Of a stretch of 64,000 nucleotides of DNA, positions 1 through 57,861 are shown one piece after another (position 1 is the first letter of the stretch; each line of letters opens with the position of its first letter). The translations under genes and the position numbers were made by a program. The notes under the pieces are model-generated. The model was not told the origin of the DNA. It did not search any database and worked only from the letters and a program-made list of their open reading frames with translations. The stretch covers positions 545,685 to 609,684 of the forward strand of contig JAQGDQ010000061.1 of the NCBI GenBank assembly GCA_030141605.1, written 5' to 3'. The DNA is from Tubiluchus corallicola (lineage: Eukaryota; Animalia; Priapulida).

Positions 1-2481
1 AATAAATGCTTTTTGCTTTTATAAGCCCAAAACAAATGGTATAACATGGTAATAGTGTGGGCAGTAATGCGAATTACAGTATCTGTTGTCAATGCAATTA
101 AAATGTCAAAATTGTAACGCATTTGGAAAACGAATAAATTTTCTGTCTTTTCTTACAGATGACTTTGCTTTTATGAAAACTAGTTTCACTTTCCATATAT
201 TGCAATCATAATCAGACGTACACTAAGCATGAAGTCTTTATTGCACAGCCTGCATCTTTCAAAATTTTAAGTATTTCATCTCGATTCAATTATACAAAGC
301 AGAAATCATTAATATCAAGCTGTTAGAAAATAAAACTGGATAGACAGCAGGAAGTGATAAATGTGATATTTATAATGCGGGTATAGGTACAGACTAAAGA
401 CTGGAAAATATGTGTATGATTGTAAATTATAAAATATTGCTCGGATAGCAGACTGACTGGCTTTTAATTTCTCCTTCACACTTTCCAAGTCAAGATTCTG
501 CAAGTCTTTTCACAAGATTCCTATTTCTAAACCGTTTAATTTTTTTACTCTCCGCTACGACGATGAATAACTCCAAAACCTCGCTACCTAGAACTAGCAA
601 ACTTGTCGGGTACCTGGAGTAGGGGCTCAGACATTGGTATGGGGACCATTGACCGCGGTCAAAAGGTCATGAACATTGGATATCGGCTGTTTTTTCGATT
701 ATCACTCAATCTTCCTAGTTTAGTATTGCTTTCGTGCGTTTATAGTAGATTTATTTTACAAATAGCTATTTTACTCTGCTTAAAATTAATTTTAACAAAG
801 GCTAAACATCGTTTGAGTCCAACCAATTTCCGTAGTACTGATTTCGGCTTGTTAGCGCAAGTTCTTCTTTCAATTTACGAATCATTAGTAAGACTAGCTA
901 AATTTTTAATAAGGTGAATGATCGTGAATACGTACACGTTGAGACAGAAAACAATTTAGCTTGCACTTAATGCCAGTTCATTTCTAGTAATAGTTCTTTT
1001 TGTTAGTCATCTTTCTCAAAAAGCCAGAAATATCACCAAGTTACAAAGAACCTACACCGAACAAATGCAAAAATTTATAGGTCCACAGCCTCTAAGCAAT
1101 AAATTATGATTTGTTCTGCTCAGTTCTCAGTACGAGTAGGCTATCCCCAGAATGCAATCATATAATGAACTGAACACAGTGATCCAAACACAAGGCTTCA
1201 GCCATGGGTTTCAGATTTAACGAAGCGTGACCAGTGGTCAGGCCTGTAATCAGCGCACATACCATTAAATCGCAACCACGTCTCCCCTGACATGGTTTGC
1301 GCAGGAGCAAATCAGGAATTACGGGATGTTTGGTTGTCTCTTGTGAATAAAAGCGCTCTTGTTGCTTTAATGAATGGTTACGTGTGTGTTTATAATGGAC
1401 AGAAGTGCAAATTAACGCCATTTTGCATTGATGAAAGGCTTCGTTAATAATAAATTGCTGCTTTGATCGCACTGTTGTGCATGCGATTTAACCTGTGTAA
1501 TGTTATCACCTAATGCTGTTCACATATGTATTAACCAATCGTACATTTACACTGAAACATTGTACAACACACGAATGCATGTAGAAACAACGTAAATACA
1601 TTGTTGCAAAATATTAAAAAGCGAACTAACTGATGTGTGAGGAATTGTACTTTTCCAGATTCTTTGACAGAAACCGGTAATTAAATTTGAATGCAGTTTT
1701 GAATAACATCGTCATATTTTCGTTTGTCAAAAGCGAAGTTTCCTTTCCCTTATAAATGAGGACGCAACACTGTTCTGCAAATTTTTCTATTGTGTTTCGG
1801 AAATGACGCAAAAAGTTAATAAAACTGCGCAGTAAATACAGTTTTAAACTGAAACGACAAGAATGCAACAATTTCAAAGCCGAATGCACATATAAAGCTG
1901 CGAAGTTTCAAGAGCATAACAAGGCTGTAAAAATTATGCCTGCTACAGGACGGCCTTGCGATGGCAAATACAGTGATTATTGGTAAAGTTCAGGCAGAGA
2001 AGGCAGCCAAATCTTAATGCGCAGTGGCGTAGAATCACTGCCGGATAAGCGAACAGAGTACTGTATATTTTTCTTTGAAATTAAAACGTGCACGTCACGT
2101 GATTCTGATATTTTTTACCTAATTATGCTTTCTTTCTATGAAGACAACAAAATTATGTCAATGGCAGCGGCGAGCTGAAGCCTTTAGCAGGGCATGCAAG
2201 TGTTCACAAAGCAAGGCTGAACAGTGCTGGCCTGTATTTTAAATTGCGATCTTTCTATTTGTCTGTACATAAACTAATTACTATATATGCAATTGCGAGT
2301 GAATGAAATTTGTAGATGGTAGTAATCAATAAAACAGACTAAAAACTGACTGTGGGATTAATAATATTGAAATCTATTATGAAAGACGCCGTGCAATACC
2401 TACTTTGTCGACGACAACAGCAACACAAAGAAGAAATATTTAGAGAAATGTTTATTCATTGTACAACTCCTGTATATTCTT

Positions 2482-2482
<1 letters not shown>

Positions 2483-2531
<49 letters not shown>

Positions 2532-2550
2532 CCTCCTCCTCCTCCTCCCC
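2483..2550. repeat. (CT)n microsatellite followed by (CCT)n
   Basis: Directly visible. Confidence 0.95.
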
Positions 2551-3490
2551 ATCTCTCTCTCTGCCTCTTTTTTTAACCAATGAAAAAAGTTTCAATTGAC
2601 AGTTTCAAATTTCATTAGGTTGAAACTGTTGAAAATAGAACGTAGAATGAAATTATAAAAAGCAAATAGTTGTTATTTTTATTTCATCGTGTGATTGTCC
2701 TATGTTTGAGTAAGGTCATGCAATGCGCATCCTCCACGAATATATCTGAATTATACATCACTAATGGATATAGCTATCACCATAAATGATGTTTCCCTTC
2801 GTGTTTATCAAAATAATGTGTTGTTCTAACATTAAAATAACAACCACGCCATGTTTATTTCATTAATACAGTGACGCACTATGGTACAGCTGTTCTGCAT
2901 TGACATAGCTTATTGCAGAGCTAACCAGTTAATAGGTAAATTCAGTTAATGTTCGAGTGACGTAAAAAATTCTCAACTTTTACTGTACAAACTTTTATTG
3001 AATATCTACCTGATGCAACTATTATAATTATAATTTGCATGCTTTGAAAATTGCTTATAATATACAGTCAACCTCGGGTATAAGGTACATACCTTTTGCA
3101 CTGAATGTGCAGCAATAATCCATTAAAATATGGGTAGTACAGAAAGGTACAGGTCTAGTTTGTATCACTGCGCACACTTTTTAATCAACGATTTGAAGCT
3201 AGTGCTAGAACATGCGTGTAAACTATGGAAGCATTTATTTTAATGTTATAATAAAGGCAAAGTACTTATAGTCTACTGTTAATCTCAATCTGATCTTAAC
3301 ATTTCTTTTCAACAGCGGAAATCTTGGAACCATAGTGGAAAATACACGTAACCATACTAATTAGTTTACTATTGACGATGCGTCGTTAAGTACACAAGGG
3401 CAGGGACTACTGACTCCCTCCAAACTTACCATCCTTACCATCATAGTCTTATACATTGCTTTTCTTGCCGAACCGTTCACGTTACACTAG

Positions 3491-3511
3491 CGTCGCGTCG
3501 CGTCGCGTCGC
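3491..3511. repeat. (CGTCG)4 microsatellite
   Basis: Directly visible. Confidence 0.85.
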
Positions 3512-4270
3512 CATGTCACGATTGTTTCTGATTTTGTTGCTTTTTACAATGTAATGAGTAATAGCAAACAAATGAGCGGGAATATTGGTAAACTTGTTGA
3601 TGAAATCATTGGATTTCCAATTCAGTCGAATCTTCGTTACAACAAATCACATTCGTTCGCACTGCAAACCGAAGAGCCACACTACTTGCTGCGCTTCTAG
3701 GCCTATATTTGTGAATGCTCAGTTTGGGCTTTATATTTGAAATTCGAATTCAGGGCAAAAGTATTAATTTTGATAATAAGATCCAGGCCTACTGCATATA
3801 CGTATGATTAGGCCTGCTTTGAATATTTGGACAAACAATAAAAGTTTTTCTCTTCACTCGTGTTAATCGCCAACCCGCTCTGTGACGCACAATACTCCAA
3901 GGTATAATAGACACCGCGTAAAATGCTTAATTATTAAAAGCAATGACGCACATTTCATATTGTAAGTTGTATATTAATTGTATAAATTATGCATACACAT
4001 AGATAAGCCAGGTTATTTAGCTAAGGAGTTTTACAACTCTTTAAATTCACGTATAGTGCAACGTTTCCATCTTGTGTAATGCACATTTTACGTAACATAT
4101 ATGCCTAGTTTCTATTTTTTTCTAGTACTTTGGGTTTTTCACGTTATAATTTAAAATATTTTGTCTTGACAATGCTTTGCTTTATAAAGATTACATTTTT
4201 GCAAGACATTTAACACTCTTAACCTCTATACAGTACGCAACATCGAAGTCACACTAAGAGGCAATTGTGA

Positions 4271-4410
4271 CCGGTAATAAAGTCGCAGGAAAACAATCAC
4301 GGAAAGTCACAATTTTGGCTAGAAAAACGTCACAATTAATTTTGGCTAGGGTCAGAGTTAGGGTTGTTTGACTATCATGTTTATTTTCTTGCTGTGTCTT
4401 TTTTGTCTGG
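4271..4410. mobile_element. Small degenerate MITE-like element with TTAGGG-like core
   Basis: Repeated aaagtcaca motifs, central tagggtcagagttagggtt, loosely inverted tgtgtctttttt end. Confidence 0.35.
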
Positions 4411-6239
4411 ATTCTTTCTCTCACTAAGCCGCCGCACGTTCTTAACCACCTTACTCAACGAGTTTGCACTGCTAGTCAATTTTAATTACGCTTTCTGAAC
4501 GACAAACATGAATAAGCTTACCTAAAACAAGCAAACGTTATCTTGGTGCAAACAACAGGCCATGAAAACGAGGCTTTTCCAGCTAGTGCTTGGAAAGTCA
4601 GAAAACATATTGACTTTATAGCATAATATATTATAGCTTTCTTGGTAAAAATTTACAGTGTAGCGAAAAGCGGTGGTGTTATTCTACATCAAAACTAAAT
4701 CTAGCTTTCACAAGAACAAAATTACTTTGACCAATGACTGGCTATAGAAAGTTCTAATTGTACAACGAAGTATTCATCTGTGTTTAATTAAATTTGGTGC
4801 GGCGGTACTTCAAAATAGTTTACACGAAAGTCTTAAATTTCTTTCAGGTCCTTCCAGTGATTGATGATGATCGTGGAAAGGTCAAAGGTTAAGTGTACCA
4901 GACAACACATTTGTGTACACTTGACAACGCCTCGCAGGCCATGCTGTTGTAATAGTAACAGTTTTAACAGCTACCTAGAACCTTAATCTAGTTCATTTTT
5001 TCTTGTTCTCAAGCAAGATCCTGCTAGTAAATCACTATACGCACAGACTAATACTTAATTACGCAAAGTCCACGCAAAACAACTGGAATTACAGAACTGA
5101 TGCAACAGACGGCTTTGCTTTACTCGCATGCCGCGTGATGGTTGTAGTTAAGACGCACTGCTGCGGTACACTCAACCTTTGACCTACTGCAACTGCGCGT
5201 GCGCACAACGTAACTGTGAAAGGGCTTATTAACAAGAAAGTACAATGAATATACTTAGGCCTAAGGACGCGTAAACTGCTTCTTATACAGTACACACTAT
5301 TGCGCGACATGCAAAGATTGGCCTCTTCAATTGGTCACACAAACCGTTGAGGCCTATGACAGATTTACCCAGATAATGAGACATTATCCGTTTACTGAGA
5401 CATTCCTGGCCTTGCTATAGATCTGCTATTATACTTGAAATCCCTTAAGTCACCGCTGGCCGATCATATTACTGTACAGCAAAGGGCCAAAGTCATTACG
5501 AATGCATACTTATATTGATGCATGTAAATAATAAATAAACACTTGGGTCATAATTTTATTTATACGAAATTGACTAGCAATCGCTTGAGGCACTTTGACG
5601 GTTCGCAAAGTACTTCATGATGACCAATTCAATAAAAAGAACTTGTTTGCCTTGTGGCTCATATGACGCGAGTCTTCGGAGTCATATTTATGGTGATACG
5701 AAAGTGAGTTGGAGTATGCAGCCTTCGTAAAACAAAAACTGTGAAATGACTCGATTTTTGCAAATTTTCTTCATAAATTCGCCGTTTGGAAAGTTTGGAC
5801 AGAACGGTTTAAAGAGGGTCTTGTTCTTAAACAACTTCATGAGTACAACGTGCGGTGTGTGTTGCAGAAAAACAGAGAGAGAGGTGTAATGTAAAGCAAG
5901 CAGAGACAGAAATTTATGTAATGTAAAGCATGTTTCTGTTAATTGTGTCATGTTAAATGTATATATAGTGTAAAATATGTCATGTAAAATTTAACGTATT
6001 TTTGTAATATTGTTTTGTAAAAATATTTTAATATTGTGTTTGTAAATATGTTCATTTATTGTATATAATTAGGCCTTAGTTTTGCACTTTAGTTTTTTTT
6101 AGTCTGCACTGGATGCATTTATCTTGAACAGTGTTTTTATTTTAACATTACGCTGAGGATTACTCAATTTTATTATAATGAGTGAGCCATTTTAATGACA
6201 AATAAAGAATTAATATAAAAAAAAGGTGTAAAAGGGTAG

Positions 6240-6870
6240 GCCTGCACCATAGTTGCACTGGAGCAGCACGTGCAGGGTGATGCAACGCAGGTGCAAATGT
6301 TGGTGCAATACAAGAATGGGTGCAGCCGTGCAGCATGGATTATTGTCAGTGTAACGTTGCAAAATATAACGTACCACTGAGTGAGACATAGCATGAAGAA
6401 TGGCACATCATTGTTAAGTATGGTGCACAGCAAGTGCAGTATAGTGAAGTGCAGGTGGGAATATGGTGCAAAATGGTATAGTAATGTACAGCATAGGATA
6501 ATTTGGTGTGCTATAGTGAAACATGGGTGCAATGATAGGCAGCATGATGCAGTATAGTGAAGCACAAACACAGTGTGATGCAACATGGTACAGTATAGTG
6601 AAGCCTAGATGCAGATTTTGTAGTACTGTGCAGCACAGTGCGATGCAGAATGGTGATGTCTGATGCGGCATGATGCAGTGAAGGCCTGAATGGATGCGGT
6701 GTGCAACACTTCGAAATTGTATAATGATGCAATTTAATTGGCCCAACAGTGCAACTTAGCATTGTGTTTTCCTGGACTATAAAAGTTGCACAGTATAGTA
6801 TAATGAAACACAGTAACTTGTAAAGTTCAGTGCAGAAAAGGTGATGAATCAGGCATAATGCTGCAAAATA
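6240..6870. repeat. Degenerate short-period satellite (tgcag/tatag/tgatg modules)
   Basis: Recurrent gcagtatagtga motifs; produces spurious H/C-rich ORFs. Confidence 0.7.
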
Positions 6871-7505
6871 ACACAAGTTACTATCGGGGTTGTCGGTATC
6901 ATCAGCATCAACATGATTACCCGGCCATCAGCAGCATCCTCGTCGCCATCACCATCTCCGTCATCACGAAATACTCACCCATGTAGTTTAAGAGACTAGA
7001 ACTGAAGACCAATCTTTTTAAAGAGATTAGATTTGAAGCAGTTAAAGGACTCTGCTGTTTATTAAAAAATACACTGTCTTCCACAAGCTGGAGAAAATAG
7101 GAAATCTTCATATAGCCGCAAAGACCTACTATTCAGCAAATACCATTGCAACTTTTCTGCAACACCATGATCAATACTAGGGCCTATACGGACTTCAGTA
7201 TTAAAGATCCGATGCTAGTTATATCAATCTCTGACTGATCTTTTTACGGTGGTTTTATTACAACCCCGTCAGAGTTATGCCTAACATCATAGGACATAAC
7301 CTTTAGGAATGCATGTGCAATGCATCACAATGTACGAATTAACAGCCTATTGCCGAAGAAAATAGACCTGAATCGCATAAACGCTGCATAAAATACCAAA
7401 TTTAACGATTTTGACTGTAAACCGCAGCAGCATTTATACAGCGACAGCATGTACAAATAAGTCCGTAGGAAGAAAATGAATAACGGAATTATTTCAAATT
7501 TATTC

Positions 7506-7599
7506 TTTATTTATGATTTTAGGAAAAGAATAAAAGCATCAATTTTGCAAATTTCAAAGCAATAATTTACATAATTACTGAGCTCCCGGGACGTTTATT
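7506..7599 (-). promoter_or_regulatory. Candidate polyadenylation signals of PRPF40
   Basis: AATAAA on the minus strand at 7594-7599 and 7506-7511, 0.6-0.7 kb past the stop; the motif is common in AT-rich DNA. Confidence 0.35.
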
Positions 7600-8209
7600 A
7601 GTACAATTCAGACACACATAAATTAAGAATGTGAATCTTTCCACATGCTAATTAACCTTTAGTGACGGAAATAGTAGGGTATTTTAAAATGAGAAATAAA
7701 ATGCAATTTTGCAACCAATTACAGCAATCAGAAACAACACAAGTAAACCACTAACTGCTGTTCAGTTGGTTGACTCACAAAAGGGGCTATTAAATATGAA
7801 ATCGACACTTTCACACAATTTAAAATTTCCTCGGAAGCAGTTCCTGTCCTATTTAAATATTTGTGAGACAATTATTCATAACATTCTCTTTTAGAGTTCA
7901 CAGAAAACTATCTATTCCGTGGAATATTCCTTGTAGGGAAGTGAACTTCGGTGAGGTAAGTGGAGGGGGGAAGTGAACATCTATGAGGTAACTCAGGTAA
8001 GTGGGTGATAGCTGATCACATTACAATGCTAAATATCTAAACTCCATGTCCACAAGTAGTCAAGTATTTACATTTGGTAAGGGTTTAAAAGCAGGGAAAC
8101 TCCAACCAACATCCCATCAATCATTTTGCACAAATTCTTCAAAATTGTTTAAAAGTGTTTGCAAAAAGGAACTGGAGACGGATCTTGTTAAACTAAGATC
8201 AGATAATTC

Positions 8210-51585
<43,376 letters not shown>

Positions 51586-51665
51586 CTGAAATAAAATAAT
51601 TTGCTGGTTAGAAAGCCTACTAACTTACCATTTAAAACTAGCAGTTGTTTACCATATACACAAGT

Positions 51666-52311
51666 TAGGGATGTCATGAATCTGAAATTGCCAAATCCGA
51701 ATCTACACCAAATCTCATTTTCATAATAATTTTTGAATCCGGATCAAATCCGAATCTCAGTTTAAAATAATTTTCAGATCCAAATCTCATTTTAAAATAA
51801 TTTTCGAAATTGTTCTTTTAACAGAATGTTTCTAACCAGTTTTCAACAAAATTATAACAGATCGGTAAGACAGCAGTGCTTTTATGAAAATCCAGTCTGA
51901 GCAGCATGTTTGGCAGTAATTGTGCAATAATATAGATGATCTAGCCGATGACTAGCAATGTAAAATGTAGGATCTGTTAGTCAAAAAATTACTTGGGTGC
52001 CTTTACCTATACTCCATGAGTCAGTGTAATGTGGATGAACAAAAAACTACGGCCGTTTAAGCTGCATGGTGTATTTCAAGTACGGCAAAATTATAAAAAA
52101 AAGGCAGCGATTTGAAAATTTTGCACAAAATTTTAACCGTAAATGAGCATATAATGCTTTGATAATAAAGTCGCCTCTGAATCGCTTCTGTAGCCGAAGC
52201 TAAATCAGATTTTTGTTCAAAAGTCTCTGCCGAATCAGGTTGGATCTAAGGTAACTTAGAAGTTCAGTATATATGAAGCTTCGTTTCTGTTGGAGCTTCG
52301 TGACATCCCTA
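51666..52311. mobile_element. hAT-like non-autonomous element
   Basis: TIR TAGGGATGTCATGAA / TTCGTGACATCCCTA, subterminal ccgaatc repeats, degenerate 8-bp flanks. Confidence 0.75.
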
Positions 52312-52795
52312 ATGCAACTAAAAACAGCACCTTCGTGAAGAGAAATTTTAGATCGCCACATTATTATTTTACTGTTATTTATTATTATCAGCACAAGAAA
52401 ACTAACAAGCCTGCTGCTTAAAGCTGGAACTATGAATTTCCAAATGTTAACATAGCACCACACGTAGCGTAAGGGTAAAAGCACAGTGAACGCCTCCATT
52501 GGATATTTAACAGCAAAAGTAAATTTAAGACCTAAGCATTTCGTTTTATTTAGAAAACTATTCCAATTGATTAATTTAACATGGAGTACGAATCATACTG
52601 CATAATTTCCAAGTTTCAACTGTCTGCCATTATAAGTAAAAATTTAGCAGCACTTTGAATACAACAAAATTTGCCAGTTTTTACATGTAACCTGTGGCCA
52701 TCTTTCTTTTGTGCATATTTTATTTCATTCCTGTTAGAACAACATTCAACTGGCAATCATAACATAGCAGCAATTATTTACTGTGGCCTCAGCTC

Positions 52796-52891
52796 TTGTG
52801 CTTAGCCAAACTGACTGCCACCACAGTGTGCTGGGACGTATTTCTGAACGTCCCAGCACACTGTGGTGGCAGCCATTTTGGCTAAGTACAA
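52796..52891. repeat. Near-perfect 96-nt hairpin (44-bp arms, 8-nt loop)
   Basis: Arms are reverse complements with 3 mismatches. Confidence 0.92.
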
Positions 52892-55800
52892 TAAGATGTG
52901 CTTGTTACCGCTTTTCTTCATTTTCAACAGCAATTAGTCCAAAGGCCTGTTAAGTAATCATTTTGCTACTAAAGTCAAGGTCTATTGTTTGTTTAATTAA
53001 TTCAACAGCATAAAGCCAAATAATTAATACAATTTTGCCAAAATGTCACTTCTAAGGTATGCATTCATATGTCTGTCTATTATGTCAACAACTGTTTTTA
53101 TCTCTTTAGTTTTTTATCAAAAACAAAGACAATGGAAGTTTAATAACTGCTTTTTCCTGATGTTAATGTCCTTACATAATGCAAAAAGATGTAGTTTGCA
53201 ATAATACGCAGTAGTACAGGCCTAAATGTGCATGTCTGTCCATTACGTCTGATGTTCAAGCATATGTTTTGTGAAAAATATAGAATCCCTCATATATGTT
53301 ATGAAAAACGTATAGAGCATACATTTGAACTATTAGTTAGATAAGTAGAATTTATGGTAAAGCTAGTTTTTGTTAAACATGTCAAAAGAAATGGCTTGAA
53401 GGGCTAAATTTATTAATAAAGCATATTTAACAGTACATAAAAGTATATTTAAGAACTTTGATATATTGGCTCCTCTATACTTGCAGTTCAATTTATCAAA
53501 AACTAAGCTATTTTAGTAAAACTATGGTATTTTAATCTAGAAAATGAAAATAAAGGCTGATAAGACCAATAATTTGGTTTATTTTTACTTAAAAATATCA
53601 AAAAATGTTATAAATTATGCTTTACAACAAAAATTCACCTAGTTAATGTTACTGAATGGTTTAAAATATCTATTTCATAAACATATCATTTATATTTCCA
53701 TGTCACTGAAGCACTTAGGCAGCTAGTAACCTACTAATTGATGTTTGAAAAGTAAACTATGCTAAATATTTGTTAATATTTAAGCTGTTAGAAAATCATT
53801 TAAACATGAAAGACTGATTGTCTTCCTTAGGCAATTCAGAAATATTATGTATGGTTTTCTTAAAATTACCATAACATTGTAACCTTTCATCTAATTCATA
53901 AACCAAATGTAGTTTTATGAAGTACAGAAAAACTGCTTCTATATTACACAAACACTTGGGTGAATTTTTTTTGCCCTCGGGGGGGCCAAATTTGGAGGCT
54001 TTCACTATGCTTTTACCTAAAACAAAAACAATTCAATCAACCAAGAATAGTCATGTCAAGATTTACATATAAGTAAAATGTTAAAAACTAACAATTATTT
54101 TAACTCAAATGGGTAGAAACTCAAGTGTAAACTAAATTGTTAGGACACTGGATATATAATTTTTATTGATTGTGATATGATGATAATTAAGATTGTAAAA
54201 TTTGCTGAAAATTAAAATGTAGGTAATTATATTACTGCTTTCCAATGCATTTTCTTTGTTACGGGATGCAAAAACTGAACATAAAAAAATTTCAATAATT
54301 TTATTGACAACACTGATTCACTTGAAAGAATTCTAAACCACAAAAAATATTGGGGCTATTAGAATCAAAAACTAGAAAAAGTCCCAATAAGTCATGCATA
54401 CAGCACAATCACTAATAATATTAATATAAAATAATTACTTGAAACAATGTTGAAATTAAAATTGAATTGAATTGAAACATTATATTCTATGATATTAAAA
54501 AACAAATACTAATCCTTAAAAATACTAAATACAATTAATTATGTTAATTTTATTCTCAATTTCACTTCCAACCTAGTTTTAAACACAATCATGATAACTA
54601 CTATTGATTCCCTTCGCTCTGTCTTAACACAGACAAATGAAATGGTTAGTTTAATCTCATATTATAATATACTGATACTCTGTAATCAGCAAAACACTTA
54701 ATCATAACTAAAAACTGGCATAATACACATATGGTATAATATATTTGCAATGAAGGAAACGGGATAGACGAACCGCTTTCGAATTTTAACTAACGAGTAA
54801 TAGTAATAGACTTATGTAAAAAATGGCCATTAAAGAACTACAAACCATTTTGTAATCAACAGCAATTCAATTAATTCTTGAGATAATTTGAAAACTTTGG
54901 TCAACTTTACATGCCGCACATCGCAAAATTTAATTTTTTATTCTATACAGAACTAACCACTGTGAAACTAACTAACACGGAATAACGAAAAGCACATTAT
55001 TTAGGTCGGCTTTTGGTAATGTTCGTCAAATCGCAAAAACGTCGAACTTGAACTGAAATTTAGTTTTCATGTAGTCGATTTTTGCTACTTCTTATGCCAC
55101 TACACTGCTGTATAATAATCACTGAAATTTTTTTGTTCATTTAAATTTTATTTATTCACTTCATTTAATTACAACATAATCAAGCTCGGTCTGTTAATTT
55201 GTCACGAATTGGATTGGTAGAGTCGGTGGCATTTAATCATTAGAAATGATGTTGGAATAGCATGTTTTGAATAAGGTGTAAGATAGTATTAAAATTAGTA
55301 CTGCCTAAGTTTTTTCAATGTTATTTAGTCTTGTGACTTATATCCTCTCTTTATTTAAAAAAGTCACTGACGTACGTAGCCTATTTAGCAAAGGAATCTA
55401 GGAAAAATATCAAACATTGTTTATTTTTTTATGTTCAAAAGAAAATTTCCAAAAATAATTTTTTTCGTGGGACTTGGATTCCATTCCTTCCTCAAGAATG
55501 ATCATAATGACGACAATATAATAAAAAACGAAGGAAAGGAGTAAGACTGGAAGAGAAACCAAAAAACTGCAGAACAAGTGAAAATTATCAAAACATGAAT
55601 TCAGTTTAATTAGGAAGTTATGATCAGAAAGATTAGATGATACATTGTAAATTTAGAACGGACTTCCCTAATATAACAACAATTATAATGTTGGCAGCAA
55701 TCGTGAGGTAGCTAATGATCCTAAACACTACTATACGTACAAAGCAGCAAGAAAGTATTCCATGATTTGAAGTTCCACATTTTACTCCATGACATGTAAT

Positions 55801-57861
55801 TAAAATAGTAACTTATGAGAATACCAAGCTAACTGTCTGTCTGCCTGTCAAAATCCTACTAAATACCTGCCTGGAAGTGACTGCTTAATACCTACCTAGC
55901 TGCTTCTATGCATACCTACTTACTTACCTAAGTACCATTTACCTATTTACTCACTTCTCAGGATTATAGTTTTTAATAGCTGCCTCACTGTGACGTTAAC
56001 ATTATTTTGCCAGGTGTAGGACATTCAGACGTTATTTTTCCAAAAACAGGTGGCAGCACAGACTGATTTGCTCTTTACCAGTGTAGCTTAATTGGAAATG
56101 CATGGCTCACGAACATAATCGGATTCCGGCACCGTAATAATTACGTATGATGAGCCTAAAAAACTCAACAACTAAATTAACTATAAATTAGTTTTAACTA
56201 ACTGATAAAAAATGGTCAAAAAACAGAACAGATATGGAAAAAAATAATAGGATATCATATATATGATTGCATGTGTAACAGTTGCGAAAGAAGCAAGCAT
56301 TATATTCATAACTATATAAGCATTTTAAGCGTTTAAACTTTTTAAACATTAAATTTTTAGCATTTTAAGCAAGTTGCTTGCGAAAACAGCAAAGACTTCA
56401 GTTTCAGAAAAAAATCATTTTGAAATGGAAGTTTTTTATATGCATCACAGTATAAAAAAGAACTAAGAATATTGCAAATTTAACCATTCTACTAAAAACC
56501 GGACAGCTAAGCAACACGGCAAATCACGGTAATGCTGCCCAAAGCCAAAGAACACGGCTTAAATACAGGGGAATAAAATAATGTCAAATAATCGTAACTA
56601 CATTACTTTGTTTTTGTTGTTGCTGTTGTTGAACTGTCGAATACAAGTTTCATTTTATACAAACCTACTGATAATTCGTCTATGTATTCGTGTAAAGAAA
56701 CAATACTCTAAGGAAAGTATGAATCTGTGTCCAAACATGTGCGCCTTAATCTGCTTTATTTTCACGTTTTTGCATATAAATCCGATAAACCGTATAAACG
56801 TCCAGTGTTAAAACTATTTATCGCCAACCAAGGCTGCACATCTAGCGTAAATATTTGCAGAGACTGAACTGTGAACCAAACAGCATGTAAAAGCATCTTT
56901 TGACAACTGTTTTCAAAGACAGCTAAGAATTTGTCAGTGTGATTTGTGTATCCTTTTACTGGTGTACTGATTCAGGCATGGGTGCGTTACTGTCAATATG
57001 CGTTAGCTTCTTAACTTTGCTCAGCCGTTACGGCAAACGAAGTGTTTGTTAGTAAGGGAAATTAGGATTACTGCCAGCTCCATCTTACATTTTTAGGCAA
57101 CGGTAATCAAACGGAAAGCTGCCAGATAACTCGCTTTTGCGCAAAAGTTTGTGCAATGAACTAGCGTTGCTGTTTAAGCATAGGAGCAAATGCAAAAGTC
57201 TCTGAGAGTCTGTCTAGATATTGCGTATCAGTTATCAACGCAGTTTGAATGGCGCTTCGTAATAAAAAGGGATTTATTAAGTTTGAACGTTTTAAATAAA
57301 ACTGAGAGTCAGTTAATTAGAGTGAATTCACAGCTAACATTTTTTACTAGAAAGAGATTTATGTTAAAGTCTTATCACTAACAAAAGAGTGTCTACAGAA
57401 ACTTTACCGCTAGACAATTAAACTAACCTCAATACTTAAGAGCTACTGGCGGCTTTCAGTCAAAGCAAGAAACCGGAATAATAGCCACTTGAGATGTTTC
57501 TAAAGATAACGGATAGCCCGATTTGAGAGAAAGTAAATTCAGTTCAGATATTTTGGATACAAGGGCACAGACCTGGTCCTGGCCTGGTAATTTCTAGGAG
57601 TGAAATGAAGAATTCTTTTGTCTTTTTATTTTCCAAGTTCGGTAGAATGGCAAATTGTAGAATGAACGCAGTAATTAAACTTCGTGTTCGAGGCGATATT
57701 TTGTTTTTTATAGTCGTCAGTCCAGCAAACCAAAAACCTTCGCCTGCATTATGTAACAAAAAATCAAAAATCAGTATTCGACTCAGACATCGTTTATAAC
57801 AGGATAAATCAAAAATTAATTTTGATACCAAAATTGAAAGATAGGAAATATGAAAAAAATG

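Noticed and set aside
603-1889. Short ORFs from the ORF track
   Set aside because: Non-ATG starts, no domain similarity, lengths expected by chance
4849-4888. Plus-strand exon-like segment (VLPVIDDDRGKVK) and an acceptor at ~158
   Set aside because: No partner exons or homology recognisable
6173-6876. His/Cys-rich overlapping ORFs
   Set aside because: Translation of a degenerate satellite; no domain or splice structure
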